Part shown: piece by piece, positions 62,425 to 64,000 of the stretch
How the letters are laid out: each line of letters starts with the position of its first letter
Numbering within the stretch: the first letter of the stretch is position 1
Source of the DNA: Octopus vulgaris
Taxonomy: Eukaryota
Reading direction: 5' to 3'
Assembly (NCBI GenBank): GCA_951406725.2
Contig: OX597827.1
Coordinates: forward strand, 38,130,001-38,194,000
DNA: 64,000 nucleotides
Notes under the pieces: model-generated
What the model saw: only the letters and a program-made list of their open reading frames with translations
Told to the model about the DNA's origin: nothing
Databases searched by the model: none
Position numbers and translations under genes: made by a program

Positions 62425-62598
62425 TTCGGGGGAATCGATTACATCAATCCTAGTGTTCTACTGGTACTTATTTCACGATCTGAAAAGGATGAAGGGCAAA
62501 GTCGACTTCGGCGGAATTTGAACTCAGAACGTAGAGGCGGACGAAATGCTGCCAAGCATCTTATCTAGTGTGCTAACGGGTCTGCCAGCTCGTCGCCC
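62425..62598 (-). mobile_element. SINE (second family), young copy
   Basis: Minus strand ggcgacgagctggcaga...gttctgagttcaaattccgccgaagtcgactttgcccttcatcc with CpGs retained. Confidence 0.8.
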
Positions 62599-62654
62599 AA
62601 TATAGCCAATATATCGAAAATTTATTAATTAAATGTAAAAGAAATGTTACTTAC

Positions 62655-62800
62655 TTAATTTTCCCGTTTCCTTTTCTTTCCCGAAAGGTCTGTTGTAGTA
62701 CTGGTAGATAATATATCCACAACATTTTCCTTGGAAGCCTGAGATTTATTTTGGAGCAATAGGGTATAAAGGTGGGGAAAATGGTCTCTTTCTGGCATAT
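62655..62800 (-). CDS. Probable last coding exon of an unidentified gene (DMPERDHFPHLY...SGKKRKREN*)
   Basis: ctttccatttag acceptor; phase 1 matches the donor of the upstream exon; TAA directly followed by gtaagt. Confidence 0.6.
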
Positions 62801-62952
62801 CTAAATGGAAAGCGAGATTGAAATATGTTGAGAAAAAATTGTACAAAAATGAACGGTGTTTCATTTGGGAAACCAAGCGAAGGAAGTTAAACTAAAAGTG
62901 AGATAGTAGAAATCTGACGTGAAGCAAACTCACAGGGAAAGAATAGGGCAGA

Positions 62953-62986
<34 letters not shown>

Positions 62987-63381
62987 GTGATAGAGGGATG
63001 TTAACATAAATTATAGCGACACAAGCACCGTCGGCTGGTAGACAAGAGACTTGAAGAGTTTAGAAAGTGACAGAAAAATAACAAAGCCAACAGAAAACAG
63101 TAGATTTCCATGTTTTCAGATTTTATGAGTGAATCACTTTGACAATGAGAAAGACAAATACAAAGATAATCGGGGGATATTAAAGAAAGAGGAGGAGAGG
63201 AAAACAGAAAATGCATATAAATAATGAAGAATGTGAATGAACGAAAGAAAGAAGGGAAATAGAAAAAGGGAGAAATAAAGAAAAGAAGGAATGTAATGAA
63301 AGGAAGAGAAAACGGAAGGCAGAATAAAAATAGAAATAATTAAAAAGGAAAAGTAAAAAAACTTGAAAACGTTTAACTTAC

Positions 63382-64000
63382 CATTGGGTTTGGAATGGAA
63401 GGAGTTGAGAATACAATAAGGGTACAGTTTATTGAATTCCCTGTCATCAGGTGACATGTGTAACTTTGTAGGGTGTTTAGAGAAATTCTTAAAGACTTCT
63501 GGAGTATCAAGTCCATTAAGTTGTACAGATGTTAGCTTTGTCTTAGTGTTGTCTTCATTTCTTAGATTGGATGACACGGCTATATTACTGAGTTCTGAGT
63601 TGTTAGTTCTTTCGACATACATTGCACTGTGATGAGATGATGATGATGATGGTACAGCTAGCAGAGGAGATTCTTTGTCACTTCGGTTACACGTTTCTGA
63701 CAACGGCAATGGAAGTTCACTGTCCAGTGACTTCCTTTGCAAATAATACTTGGCATTACCTCGACTATATGCTTGCGGCAACGCAGATGACGGTTCAGTG
63801 TTCTTAGACTTCCTTTGCCTGTGCTGCTTGACATTGACCACAGTTTGCATGTCTCTGCTGTTACCATATTTCTCTTTGCTTGAGTTGTCTTCAACTGCAC
63901 AGCTACCAGTCCATGATTGTATCGATGTTTCGGTTTGTTGTTGTTGCTGCTGCTGTTTGAACGGCACATATTGCCTTTTCTCTTTATCTTGTTGATACTG
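63382..64000 (-). CDS. Large exon of an unidentified low-complexity (polyQ, Ser-rich) protein, open to the window edge
   Basis: Frame open from 64000 to a gtaagt donor at 63381 (...FHSKPN G/); the ORF beyond the donor is pyrimidine-rich intron read-through. Confidence 0.7.

Noticed and set aside
63134-63381. Hydrophobic, transmembrane-like tail of the 277-aa ORF
   Set aside because: It lies after a consensus GTAAGT donor and is pyrimidine-rich intron sequence.

Overview
AT-rich, microsatellite- and SINE-dense animal genomic DNA. The repeat families and a KRAB-less C2H2 gene suggest an octopus or other coleoid cephalopod (inference). Genes were rebuilt by hand from GT-AG exons: (1) the last four exons of an RNase H1-like gene (+, 2798-7214) in which two catalytic aspartates are replaced; (2) complete COMMD4 (-, 9 coding exons, 201 aa); (3) complete MRPL9 (+, 7 coding exons, 243 aa), head-to-head with COMMD4; (4) a single-coding-exon 7-finger C2H2 gene (53104-53790); (5) the 3' end of an unidentified Ser/Gln-rich gene (-) running off the right edge. 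The rest holds a 333-bp tandem array, Penelope-like elements with hammerhead ribozymes and long inverted repeats, RTE/CR1 LINE, Gypsy, mariner and hAT remnants, and many SINEs. Most ORFs in the supplied track are microsatellite or repeat artefacts. Best leads: the probably catalytically dead RNase H1, intronic hammerheads in the host sense orientation, an orphan spliced micro-transcript near 11 kb, and a LINE ORF whose ATG appears to depend on splicing. Family assignments come from recalled sequence motifs; no database search was run.
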